Shown here: positions 19,776 to 28,673 of the stretch, piece after piece
Layout of the letters: the number at the start of each line of letters is the position of its first letter
How positions within the stretch are numbered: the first letter of the stretch is position 1
Origin: Candidatus Latescibacterota bacterium
GTDB lineage: Bacteria; Latescibacterota; UBA2968; UBA8231
Length of the DNA stretch: 64,000 nt
Direction: 5' to 3'
NCBI GenBank assembly: GCA_964291625.2
Contig: OZ220089.1
Location: forward strand, 1,216,001 to 1,280,000
The notes under the pieces: generated by a model
The model's input: only the letters and a program-made list of their open reading frames with translations
Databases searched by the model: none
Told to the model about the DNA's origin: nothing
Translations under genes and position numbers: made by a program

Positions 19776-21046
19776 CAGCCCCCTCCCTCGGCCGGCGTTG
19801 CCGGGCGGCGGTGGCCCGGACGGGCCAGGAGCATCTGCACGTCGGAGATGTAGCCCTCCTCGAAGCCGCCGATGCAGTAGCAGAGGTAGAAGTCCCACAT
19901 GCGGACGAACTCGTCGCCGAAGCCCAGCTGCCGCACCTGCTCCCGGGCGCCGTGGAACCGCTGCCGCCAGGCCCGGAGGGTGCGGGCGTAGTGGGGGCCG
20001 ATGTCCTCCAGGTGCACCAGGCGCATGTCGGTGGCCGCCGCCAGGGAGCTGCAGATGACCGCCACCGACGGGATGCAGCTGCCCGGAAAGATGCAGGCCT
20101 TGATGAAGTCGACGGAGCGCCGGGCCCGCTCGTAGGCCCGGTCGGCGATGACGATCGCCTGCAGCAGCATCACCCCTTCCGGCTTCAGCAGGCGGGCGCA
20201 GCAGCCGAAGTAGGTGTCGAAGTAGTGGTGGCCCACGGCCTCGATCATCTCGATGGAGACCAGCTTGTCGTACTGCCCCCGCAGGTCGCGGTAGTCGGAC
20301 AGGACCACCTCCACCCGCCCGTCGAGGCCGGCCTCGCGCACCCGCTGCCGGGCCAGCTCGCACTGCCGCCGGGAGATGGTCGCCGTCGTCACCCGGCAGC
20401 CGTACTCCCGCGCCGCGTGCAGGGCGAAGCCGCCCCACCCGGTGCCGATCTCCAGGAGGTGGTCCCCGGGCTCGAGGGCCAGCTTCCGGCAGATGCGGTC
20501 CACCTTGTGGCGGCAGGCCTCCTCGAGGGAGCTCTCCGGCCGCGGGAAGACGGCGCTGGAGTACATCATCTCCTCGTCGAGGAAGAGGCGGAAGAAGTCG
20601 TTCCCCAGGTCGTAGTGGGCGGCGATGTTGCGGCGGCTGCCGCGGAGGGTGTTGCGCCGGAGGGCGTGGCCGATCCTCCGGGCGGGAGCGGCCAGCCGCG
20701 CCCAGCCCCGTTCGCCGCGGTGCATCGCCTCCATGTTGGCCACCGCCAGGCGGCACAGGGCCGGCAGATCGCCGCAGCTCCACCACCCCTGCATGTAGGC
20801 TTCCGCGGCGCCGAGGGTCCCCCCGAAGGCCAGGGCCCGGTAGAACCGCGGGTCATGGACCGCCAGGACCACCTCGGGGCCGTCGCCGGGGCCGGGGGCC
20901 AGGGGCCCGCCGTCTTCGACCAGGCGGACCGTGCCCCCGCGCAGGCGCCGCAGCCGCGCCGAGACCGCCCGCCTCGCCCACCGGTCCATCCAGCCCGGGC
21001 CGCGGGCCCCTCTCTCAGCTGCGCCCGACAGGGCCAGGTGCGGCAT
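19772..21046 (-). CDS. cfa: Cyclopropane-fatty-acyl-phospholipid synthase family (UfaM-like)
   Basis: NIAAHYDLGNDFF, LEIGTGWG, SIEMIEAVG, IFPG and YLCYC. Confidence 0.88.
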   Translation of the reverse strand: MPHLALSGAAERGARGPGWMDRWARRAVSARLRRLRGGTVRLVEDGGPLAPGPGDGPEVVLAVHDPRFYRALAFGGTLGAAEAYMQGWWSCGDLPALCRLAVANMEAMHRGERGWARLAAPARRIGHALRRNTLRGSRRNIAAHYDLGNDFFRLFLDEEMMYSSAVFPRPESSLEEACRHKVDRICRKLALEPGDHLLEIGTGWGGFALHAAREYGCRVTTATISRRQCELARQRVREAGLDGRVEVVLSDYRDLRGQYDKLVSIEMIEAVGHHYFDTYFGCCARLLKPEGVMLLQAIVIADRAYERARRSVDFIKACIFPGSCIPSVAVICSSLAAATDMRLVHLEDIGPHYARTLRAWRQRFHGAREQVRQLGFGDEFVRMWDFYLCYCIGGFEEGYISDVQMLLARPGHRRPATPAEGGGW

Positions 21047-21818
21047 GCTCCCCCTTTCCAGCCGACCACTTGGGGTGGGGGTGGACCGGACATCTCTTGA
21101 GCCACAGCCGGAAGGCCTGCCAGTGGATGGCGCCGATGACCCGGGCCGTCATCAGCGGATACCGCGTCAGCACCCGCGCCAGGGCTGCGGAGCCCAACTC
21201 CCGCCGCCGCAGCAGGAGGGTGGCGTCGAAGAGGCGGCCTCCGTCCTGCCGGTTGTCCATGTGCACCGCCAGGGTGCGTCCCGGCGTCGTGAACCGCCAG
21301 GTGTACTCCTGCTCCATGGCCATGAAGGGGGAGACGTGGAACGCCTTCGAGAACTCGTAGCGCTTGCTCGCTCCCCGCCCCCGGTCGAGTCCCTCGTGCA
21401 GGACGTAGCAGTGCCTCTCGCCCCAGGGGGTGTTGCTCACCTCTCCCACCACGCTCTCGACGCGTTCCCCGGCCGGGTCGAAGCAGTAGAAGAAGCTGAC
21501 CGGGTTGAAGCAGTGGCCGCCGTAGCGCAGGTGGGTGAGCAGTCGGACCGGCCCCTCGGGAGAGCGGCCGCTCTCCTGCCGGACCAGTTGCCGCACGCAC
21601 TCGGCCAGGGGCCGGCCGGTCTCCCCGAAGTGGTCGGCGCGGCGGAAGGAGGCGAGGTTGGGGCGCTCCCACGACCACAGCCACCGGCCCTCGAAGAGGC
21701 CGGGCCCTTCGGCCAGATCGAGGTACATCATGAACAGCCGGTACTCGAAGGCGTGGGCCGCCGGCGCGAACCGCCGGTGGCGCAGCCGGCCCTCGTATAT
21801 GCAGCTGTGCCGGTTCAC
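21015..21818 (-). CDS. DUF1365 family protein
   Basis: H-R-R..HAF-Y, FNPVSFFYC, EVSNTPWGERH, KAFHVSPF and IHWQA. Confidence 0.9.
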   Translation of the reverse strand: MNRHSCIYEGRLRHRRFAPAAHAFEYRLFMMYLDLAEGPGLFEGRWLWSWERPNLASFRRADHFGETGRPLAECVRQLVRQESGRSPEGPVRLLTHLRYGGHCFNPVSFFYCFDPAGERVESVVGEVSNTPWGERHCYVLHEGLDRGRGASKRYEFSKAFHVSPFMAMEQEYTWRFTTPGRTLAVHMDNRQDGGRLFDATLLLRRRELGSAALARVLTRYPLMTARVIGAIHWQAFRLWLKRCPVHPHPKWSAGKGEHAAPGPVGRS

Positions 21819-23077
21819 AGGCTTTGCCCGAAGCGCCGGGTCACCTCCAGGGCGCTGGCCACCCCGTCCTCGTGGAAGCCGAAGCCCCAGTAGGCCCCGC
21901 AGTAGTGGATGCGGTCGACGCCGTCGATGCGGTGCCGGTGCTTCCTCGCCGCCACCGAGGCGGGCGTGCAGACCGGGTGGTGGTAGGTCATGCGGGCGAG
22001 GACCCGCTCCGGGGCGATCTCGGCGGTGCGGTTGAGGGTGACGCAGATGGGCCGGCGGCTGTGCAGACCCTGGAGCCGGTTCATGTTGTAGGTGACGGTG
22101 GCGGGGCACCCCTTTTCGGGCGGGATGTAGTAGTTCCAGCTCGCCCAGGCGCGCCGGCGCCGAGGCAGGACCGAGCCGTCGGTGTGCAGCACCACCTCGT
22201 TGGCCTGGTACGGCATGGCCCCCAGGACCTGGCGCTCGGCCGGGGTCGGCTCGGCCAGCAGCCGCAGGGCCTGGTCGCTGTGCACGGCGAGGACGACCTC
22301 GTCGAAGCGCTCGGCTCCGCCCGTCGGCGTGCGCACCTCCACCCCGTGGCGCAGCCGCCGCACGGAGACCACCGGGCAGTCGAGCCGGATGCGCTCCCGG
22401 AAGGGGCGGATGAGGGCCTCCACGTAGCGCCGCGAGCCTCCCTCGATCACCCGCCACGGCGCCCGGCCGCGCACCTGCAGGAAGCCGTGGTTGGCGAGGA
22501 ACTCCACGAGGTAGCGCGCCGGGAACTCGTACATGCGGTCCGGCGGCGCCGACCACAGGGCCGAGCCCAGGGGGATGATGTGGTGCTCGACGAAGGCCCG
22601 GGAGTAGCGGCGGGCGGCCAGGTAGTCCCCGAGGGGGGTGGCGTCGCCCGGGTCGCGCAGCAATTCCGGCGCGGTGCGGTTGAAGCGCACGATGTCGGCC
22701 AGCATGCGGTGGAAGGAGGGCCGCAGGAGATTGCGGCGCTGGGCGAAGAGGCTGCCCAGGGGCGTGCTGGCGTACTCCAGGCCGGTGCGGGCGCACTTGA
22801 CGCTGAAGCTCATCTCCGTCGGCCGCGACGCCACCCGGAGGCGCCGCAGCAGGCGCGTGAACCGCGGGTAGTGGGTCTCGTTGTAGACGATGAAGCCCGT
22901 GTCCACCGGGTGGGAGCGGCCCTCCTCCTCCACCTCCAGCGTGTGGACATGGCCCCCGGCATAGCCGTTGGCCTCGAAGAGGGTGACGCGGTGCTCCGGG
23001 TGCAGCAGCCAGGCCGCCACCAGGCCGGAGACGCCGCTCCCCACCACCGCCACGCTCCGTCCCGGGGGTGGTTCCAT
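21815..23077 (-). CDS. FAD-dependent oxidoreductase (amine-oxidase fold, UfaD-like desaturase)
   Basis: VVGSGVSGL, VDTGFIVYN, WASWNY and GAYWGFGFHEDG. Confidence 0.88.
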   Translation of the reverse strand: MEPPPGRSVAVVGSGVSGLVAAWLLHPEHRVTLFEANGYAGGHVHTLEVEEEGRSHPVDTGFIVYNETHYPRFTRLLRRLRVASRPTEMSFSVKCARTGLEYASTPLGSLFAQRRNLLRPSFHRMLADIVRFNRTAPELLRDPGDATPLGDYLAARRYSRAFVEHHIIPLGSALWSAPPDRMYEFPARYLVEFLANHGFLQVRGRAPWRVIEGGSRRYVEALIRPFRERIRLDCPVVSVRRLRHGVEVRTPTGGAERFDEVVLAVHSDQALRLLAEPTPAERQVLGAMPYQANEVVLHTDGSVLPRRRRAWASWNYYIPPEKGCPATVTYNMNRLQGLHSRRPICVTLNRTAEIAPERVLARMTYHHPVCTPASVAARKHRHRIDGVDRIHYCGAYWGFGFHEDGVASALEVTRRFGQSL

Positions 23078-23091
23078 GGCAGGCCCGCGGC

Positions 23092-24030
23092 TCAACCCGG
23101 GAGGGCCGCCCCGCGCAGGAGGCGCAGGGAGTCCCGCAGGTCGTCCAGGGTGGCCAGGGGAACGGCGCCGGCCCGCTCGAGGAAGGGGGCGTACTGCGGG
23201 GCCGCGCGGCCGCCGGCCAGCAGGGCCACCTCGCCGCCGAGGAGGCCCCGCAGCCGCACCAGCTCGCCGCCCAGGCGGGGGTCGTCCCCGGGATAGACGA
23301 TGCTGAGCAGGACGGCCCGCGCCTCCGTCCCGGCCGCCGCTCCGGCGATCTCCTCGGCCGGCAGGTCGGGTCCCAGGAAGGTCGCGTTCCAGCCCTCCGA
23401 CGCGGCCACGAGGGAAGCGAGCATCGCCCCCAGCTCGTGCTTCTGCCCCGCCGGCGTGGTCGCCACGGCCCGGGGCGCCGCCCCGTTCCCCTGGAAGGGC
23501 CGCAGGTTCCCGATGAAGCTGCGCACCACCGCCGTGGCCATGTGCTCGGCGGCCACCCGCAGGGCGCCCTCCTGCCACATGCGGCCGATGCGCTCCATCA
23601 GGGGCCGCACCACCTCCTCGAGGAGGGCCCGCTGGCTCAGGGCCACGGAAGCCCGGTCCAGCTGCTCCTGCAACGACGCGGCGTCCAGGCCCTGCACGGC
23701 CGCCAGGGCGGCCTCGAGGAACTCGCCGCTACCCTCCCCCTCTCCGCCGGTCCGGCTCCGGGACGGCGGGGCCGCTTCTCCCTCGGGCCGGACCAGCTTC
23801 AGCAGCTCGGCCATGGGGAGACGCGCGATCCGGCCGATGCTCTGGCCGGCCTGCACCGCCTGCTGCAGACATTGCAGGCGGGCGATGTCCTCGTCCGAAT
23901 AGAGGCGTCGGTTGGTCCCGGTCCGGGACGGCACGACGGCGCCATAGCGCTTCTCCCAGACGCGGATCACGTGGGCCGACAGCCCGGTCCTCCTCACGGC
24001 TACCTTGATCGGGTGTCCCGGGGGTTCCAT
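23092..24030 (-). CDS. CarH/LitR-type MerR-HTH + B12-binding transcriptional regulator
   Basis: IRVWEKRYG..P.RT..NRRLYS (HTH); W-x9-EH (WQEGALRVAAEH); GQKHELG; LGPDLP. Confidence 0.85.
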   Translation of the reverse strand: MEPPGHPIKVAVRRTGLSAHVIRVWEKRYGAVVPSRTGTNRRLYSDEDIARLQCLQQAVQAGQSIGRIARLPMAELLKLVRPEGEAAPPSRSRTGGEGEGSGEFLEAALAAVQGLDAASLQEQLDRASVALSQRALLEEVVRPLMERIGRMWQEGALRVAAEHMATAVVRSFIGNLRPFQGNGAAPRAVATTPAGQKHELGAMLASLVAASEGWNATFLGPDLPAEEIAGAAAGTEARAVLLSIVYPGDDPRLGGELVRLRGLLGGEVALLAGGRAAPQYAPFLERAGAVPLATLDDLRDSLRLLRGAALPG

Positions 24031-24047
24031 GCCTGGAATATGGAGAC

Positions 24048-24099
24048 TGTATAAGTTCAGTCAAGTTTTATCTCGCAATTATTAGACATATAATAGACA
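24048..24099. promoter_or_regulatory. Putative CarH-type operator and promoter (AT-rich)
   Basis: TAGACA at 24083 and 24094 (11-bp phase, + strand). TTGACT and TATACA at 24064 and 24053 (11-bp phase, - strand). Confidence 0.55.
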
Positions 24100-24368
24100 A
24101 CAGGAACCAGCCAGATCGAACCCGGCCCTTCGGCCTGGGGGCGAGCAACTCTGGAGGGGCGACAGGCGTGAGGCGCGGTAGAGGGGGCGCTACTTCCTCA
24201 TGGGGGGAGGTGGCGAGCCGGTAACGAAGGGCGCCTCCCCCCTCGACCTCCACGGTGGTTCCGGCAGACAGGGCCGGGAGGGTCCTGGCGGAGAGGATCC
24301 CGGCGCCCAGGGCGGACGCCGGGTCCCGCGGATTGATGGACCGGGGTTCACCAGTCCTTCAACGGGAG

Positions 24369-24414
24369 GTCCCGGGCGCCGCCATGCATGCGAAGAGTGC
24401 CGGGCGCCCGGGAC
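24369..24414 (-). terminator. GC-rich inverted repeat downstream of the Cache gene
   Basis: GTCCCGGGCGCC / GGCGCCCGGGAC 12-bp arms, 10 bp after the stop. No clear U-tract. Confidence 0.35.
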
Positions 24415-24424
24415 GATTGCTGCG

Positions 24425-25489
24425 TCAGCGGCTCTTGACCTGTCCCCAGGACTCTCCGTCAACCGCGGACTCGAGGGAGAGGCCGTAGATGCCGGCGCCG
24501 ACGATGATCTCCCGGCCGGCCTTCGTGGTAAAGGACTGGGCGTAACTCACCTTGGGGGAACCGGTGTCTTCGTCTCCGGCTACCGACGGATCGTCGTAGT
24601 GGTACTGGACGTAGCCGCCCCCATCCCCGGCCACCCGGATGAGTTCCTGGACGATCTTCACCCCGTTGATATCCTCGGAGTCGAGCACGGTCCGGGTCTC
24701 CTGCGTCCGGTCCGCTCCATGGAAGATCACGTAGCCGTTGGAGGTGAACATGAACAGGTAGATGGAGCCGTGCCGCCAGTCTCCTTCTGCGGCCCGGAAG
24801 ACGTTGAAGATGTCCCTGTAGCGCCCGACGCCGTGCTCCTGCAATGCGGCGACATAGGCCTGAAGCGCCCCGATGACGAAAGCCCGGAGACTCTCGAGGT
24901 CCGTAACGTCGGCGGCCGTCACCTCCGGCCGCGGAATGAGCGAGAGGTCGTACACGGGCGGCGGGACATGGGACACATCCTGGTAGAATCCACCGACCAG
25001 GACGTTCGTGTTGCCGTAGGCCTCGCCGGAGAACTGGGTGGCATAGGCTGTCTTCGGGGTGTCTTCGTCGCCGTCCTGGGCCGGATCGTCCCAGTAGTAC
25101 TCGACATGGCCCCCCGCGGCCGAGGCCGCGATGAGGTCCTGGACGACCGGCGTCCCACGGTCGTCCTCGAGGGCCAGGAGGTTCTTGTCTCCCGCAGTCT
25201 CATCGTCGGCGTGAAACAGGACCGTCCCTTCATCGCTCAGGAGAATGATGTACAGGTTCCCCTGCCTCCAGTCTCCTTCTTCCCTGAGGCTGGCGAGAAA
25301 AGGCGTCAGAAGTTCCTTGCCCTCGCTTATCTCCACGATACGCGCCTTCACGCCTTCCACGAAGGCCGCCAGGGTCTGCTCGTCCACGACCTCGCTGGCG
25401 GGTACCTCCGGGGTCTGGGCCGTGGAGGGCCGCGCGGCGGGCAGGAGGCAGGCCAGCCCGAGGATGAGTACTGAGATCAGACGTTGCAC
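24425..25489 (-). CDS. Secreted tandem single-Cache-domain protein with SWGQVK tail
   Basis: Signal peptide; two repeats of GDWRxGxxY..FH..D..G..VQxLI..GGxVxYxxDDP..K.xYA. Purine-rich RBS before GTG. Confidence 0.8.
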   Translation of the reverse strand: MQRLISVLILGLACLLPAARPSTAQTPEVPASEVVDEQTLAAFVEGVKARIVEISEGKELLTPFLASLREEGDWRQGNLYIILLSDEGTVLFHADDETAGDKNLLALEDDRGTPVVQDLIAASAAGGHVEYYWDDPAQDGDEDTPKTAYATQFSGEAYGNTNVLVGGFYQDVSHVPPPVYDLSLIPRPEVTAADVTDLESLRAFVIGALQAYVAALQEHGVGRYRDIFNVFRAAEGDWRHGSIYLFMFTSNGYVIFHGADRTQETRTVLDSEDINGVKIVQELIRVAGDGGGYVQYHYDDPSVAGDEDTGSPKVSYAQSFTTKAGREIIVGAGIYGLSLESAVDGESWGQVKSR

Positions 25490-25600
25490 GAGGGTTCCCC
25501 CTTTCATTATGAGGCTGTGATGTTGCAAACGTAATTTAAGGTCCAATCTCGACCGACAATAGGGGGGAATGGTGATCCAGCCGGCGATCGGGCCGCCCCC

Positions 25601-25718
25601 TGCGGCTATCCGGGCGTCGTGCGGCTGGCGAACGGCCAGCTGCTCTTGCGTGTTCCACACGGACTTCGTCGACGGCGACCGCGAGATCCGCGCCGTCCGC
25701 CTGAGGGAGGAGGAGTGA
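25601..25718 (+). pseudogene. 3' remnant of a BNR/sialidase-like gene
   Basis: CGYPGVVRLANGQLL, a one-base shift, then CVFHTDFVDGDREIRAVRLREEE*. The stop is coupled (TGATG) to the next gene. Confidence 0.5.
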
Positions 25719-27127
25719 TGCCGCCGCGCGCCATCGATCTGAAGGGCTACGGCCTGCCCTACTGGCTGGACATCGAGCGTCCGCGCTACCCGGCGCTGGA
25801 GACGGAGACCCACGCCGACGCGGTTGTCATCGGCGCCGGCATCGCCGGCCTCAAGCTGGCCGATTACCTCTCCGCGCGGGGGCTGAGCTGCGTCGTGCTG
25901 GAGGCGAAGCGGGTCGGCGAGGGGGCCTCCTCCCGCAACCAGGGCTGCATCGTCACCGGCTTGCCGGTCTCCTACGCCGACCTCGCCGCCGCCCGCTCCC
26001 GCGCCGTGGCCCGCGGCCTGGTCGATCTCTGCCACCACAACCAGGAGCTGCTGGAGGAGCAGATCGAGCGCCACGGGATCGCCTGCGACTACGAGGTCCT
26101 CGGCGAGATCCTGCTGGTGCGGGGCGACGAGGCGGACCACGAGCAGACGCTGACGCGGATGCGGCGGGACACCGCCATGATGGCGGAAGACGGTTTCGCC
26201 GTGGACTGCCCGGACGCGGCGGAGGTGCGCGCCGTCACCGGCAACCCCCTCTTCGCCGGCGGCATCCGCCACCGCCGCGACGCCCAGTTCCACTCCGGCC
26301 GCTTCGTGGTCGGCCTGGGAGCGGCGGTGGCCCGTTCCCCCCGGGTGCGGATCTTCGAGGAGTCTCCGGTGGCGGCGATCGAGCCCCCGGACGGGGGCGG
26401 CGCCCACCGGGTCCGCACCTCCCGGGGCAGCGTGACCGCCGGCCATCTGTGCGTGGCCACCAACGCCCTGGTGCCGCAGCTCCTGCCGGAGCTGACCCCC
26501 GCCTTCCGCGCCGAGCGCGGGCAGGTCCTGGTCACGGCGCCCCTGGACGAGCGCCCCTGCCGCGGCTGCTTCGCCGCCGGCCAGGCGTGGTGGCGCGAGA
26601 TCCGCGAGGCCGACGGCCGCTACCGCCTGCTCTTCGGCGGCTGCCGCGACCGCGACGAGCCGGACAGCCTCTTCCCGCAGTACGGGGCCGGCGGCCGCCG
26701 CAGCGGGCGCATCGCCAGCGCCGGCTTCCGGCCCACGGCGGCCCATCAGCGCCGCATCCACGCGCACCTCGCCGAGATCTTCCCCCACCTGGCCGGCGCG
26801 CCGGTGACCCACCGCTGGGGCGGCCTGCAGTCGTTCACCTTCGACGGCCTGCCCGCCGTCGGCCTCTTCGACCCGGAGCGGCGCGTCCACGGCATGGCCG
26901 GGTTCTCGGGGTACGGCAACTCGTACAGCAACGTCGGGGCCGCCCACCTGGCCGCGCGCATCGCCGGGGCCGGCGACGGCCTGGCGGCGCCCTTCGCGGA
27001 GAGCCTCAAGCTGTTGATGGCCCCGGCCCGCCCCGGCCTCCGCTGGCCCGGCGGCGAGCCCACCCGCGCGCAGTGCGACTCCCTCGCCGGCCAGCGGGAG
27101 AGCGGGGAGTCGGCGGCCCGGGAGTGA
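25718..27127 (+). CDS. FAD-dependent oxidoreductase (DAO/PuuB-like)
   Basis: VIGAGIAG, GASSRNQG, RWGG..FTFDGLP and GFSGYG. GGAGGAG RBS. Confidence 0.88.
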   Translation: MPPRAIDLKGYGLPYWLDIERPRYPALETETHADAVVIGAGIAGLKLADYLSARGLSCVVLEAKRVGEGASSRNQGCIVTGLPVSYADLAAARSRAVARGLVDLCHHNQELLEEQIERHGIACDYEVLGEILLVRGDEADHEQTLTRMRRDTAMMAEDGFAVDCPDAAEVRAVTGNPLFAGGIRHRRDAQFHSGRFVVGLGAAVARSPRVRIFEESPVAAIEPPDGGGAHRVRTSRGSVTAGHLCVATNALVPQLLPELTPAFRAERGQVLVTAPLDERPCRGCFAAGQAWWREIREADGRYRLLFGGCRDRDEPDSLFPQYGAGGRRSGRIASAGFRPTAAHQRRIHAHLAEIFPHLAGAPVTHRWGGLQSFTFDGLPAVGLFDPERRVHGMAGFSGYGNSYSNVGAAHLAARIAGAGDGLAAPFAESLKLLMAPARPGLRWPGGEPTRAQCDSLAGQRESGESAARE

Positions 27128-27319
27128 GAGGACCGCCGGGCCGTTCTCGCGGTCCTGGTCTGCGGCTGGGACGCCTCATCGGTCTGCAAGCACCTGCTTC
27201 ACTGGAAGGGGATCTTCGACTCGCCCCTGGTGCGGCCGCCCTACCTCAACGCGCCGGAGTGGCTGCAGCGGGAGTTGCGCGATCCGGCGCGTCAGCTCGG
27301 ACTGCTCGACAGGGCGTGA
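27128..27319 (+). pseudogene. 3' remnant resembling a DapA-family aldolase C-terminus
   Basis: Startless in-frame segment ...VCKHLLHWKGIFDSPLVRPPY...QLGLLDRA*. Confidence 0.45.
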
Positions 27320-27422
27320 CGATGGCGGGTCGGCCGGCGAGCCTCCACCTGCCTTGCCTGCCTATACTTGTTCTTGAGCTTGCGACGGTGCCGGCCCAAC
27401 TCCTGAACAGGATCAAGACAAC

Positions 27423-28673
27423 GTGCTGAAGAGACTTGCCGTCGAAAACTTCAAGTCGCTGAGTCAGGTCGAAGTGGAATTGCCGCGCCTTGCCGTGCTC
27501 TTCGGTCCGAACGCGGCGGGCAAGAGCAATCTGGTAGAAGCCATCCGGGTGCTCTCGTGGATCGGGACGCAGCGCACCTTGGCCGACGCCCTTGGAGGTT
27601 CCATCCGGGGTTACCCGCTCGAGGCGCTGAGCATGCCTGCCGGCGGAATCCCCGACCTGGTTCAGATGGAGGCGGCAAGCTTCCAGTTGGAGGCGGACTT
27701 GTCCGTTCCCTCCGAGAACGGCGGCACGCCCTCTGGCTATCGCTACCGCATCGAGGTCGGAATCAACACCCGGTCCGGCGTACTGACGAATCGCAACGAG
27801 TTCCTCTCCTCGCTATCCGTTTCCGGAGAGCCGAAGGGGCGTCCGGTCATCGAGCCCGACGGCGATCGTGCCCTGGTACGCCGGCAGACGGGCGGAGGCC
27901 GGCCGCGGGCAGAGCAACTGGGCCAGTATGCGCTGCTCTCGGATCGTCGGTTCGTCAGCCCCGCTTACCGTACCATCGATAGAGTGCGTGCGGAATTACA
28001 GGATTGGAGAGCGTACTACTTCAATCCGGCAGCGATGCGAATAGCAGCATCCCCGTTGGGTGTGGTAGACATCGGGACCTCCGGGGAGCATCTGGCGCCC
28101 TTTCTGTATCGGCTCAACAATGAACATCCGAAGCACTTCGGAGCTGTAACGCGCTCACTGCGTTCCATCATCCCCAGCATCGAGGAGGTGCGAGTTCTGC
28201 TGGATGAGCAACGCGGCACCCTCGATCTCTTCGTGCTCCAGGACGGAGTCTTCTACTCGTCTCGCGTCGTCTCGGAAGGAACGCTGCGGGTCCTGTCCCT
28301 CTGCGCCCTGGCCGTGAATCCCTGGAGCAGTTCGCTGCTCGCCTTCGAGGAGCCCGAGAACGGAGTCCATCCGCGGCGGATCGAACTCGTCGCCCAGATG
28401 CTCGCGTCCCTCGCGCTGGACCAGCAGCGACAGGTTGTAGTCACCACCCACTCCCCTCTCTTCTGTGACGCCATACTCCGGGAGTCGCGCAACAGGTCGA
28501 GCCAGGAGGTGCGCCTCTTCAACGTGCGGCGTGACGCGCATCAGACAGTCGTGCAACCCTTCGAGAACACCGACCCAGTGCTTGCCGATCCGGAGATCCT
28601 CACGGAACTCTCCGACCGCGGCGAGGAGGGCTTGTTCGAGAGCTTGGTTCTGCGCGGCCTGATAGATGAGTAG
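27423..28673 (+). CDS. ABC/AAA_21-type ATPase (defence-associated)
   Basis: ENFKS, GPNAAGKSN (Walker A), SEGTLR, FEEPENGVHP and TTHSP. Confidence 0.88.
   Translation: MLKRLAVENFKSLSQVEVELPRLAVLFGPNAAGKSNLVEAIRVLSWIGTQRTLADALGGSIRGYPLEALSMPAGGIPDLVQMEAASFQLEADLSVPSENGGTPSGYRYRIEVGINTRSGVLTNRNEFLSSLSVSGEPKGRPVIEPDGDRALVRRQTGGGRPRAEQLGQYALLSDRRFVSPAYRTIDRVRAELQDWRAYYFNPAAMRIAASPLGVVDIGTSGEHLAPFLYRLNNEHPKHFGAVTRSLRSIIPSIEEVRVLLDEQRGTLDLFVLQDGVFYSSRVVSEGTLRVLSLCALAVNPWSSSLLAFEEPENGVHPRRIELVAQMLASLALDQQRQVVVTTHSPLFCDAILRESRNRSSQEVRLFNVRRDAHQTVVQPFENTDPVLADPEILTELSDRGEEGLFESLVLRGLIDE

Noticed and set aside
24110-24420. Cobalamin riboswitch or ncRNA upstream of the B12-binding regulator
   Set aside because: GC hairpins are present but I could not find B12-box consensus elements. 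An Rfam/Infernal scan would settle it.
27125-27127. In-frame TGA followed by 63 open codons (selenocysteine or read-through?)
   Set aside because: No Cys-homologous context or evident SECIS, and the downstream peptide resembles an unrelated gene tail.
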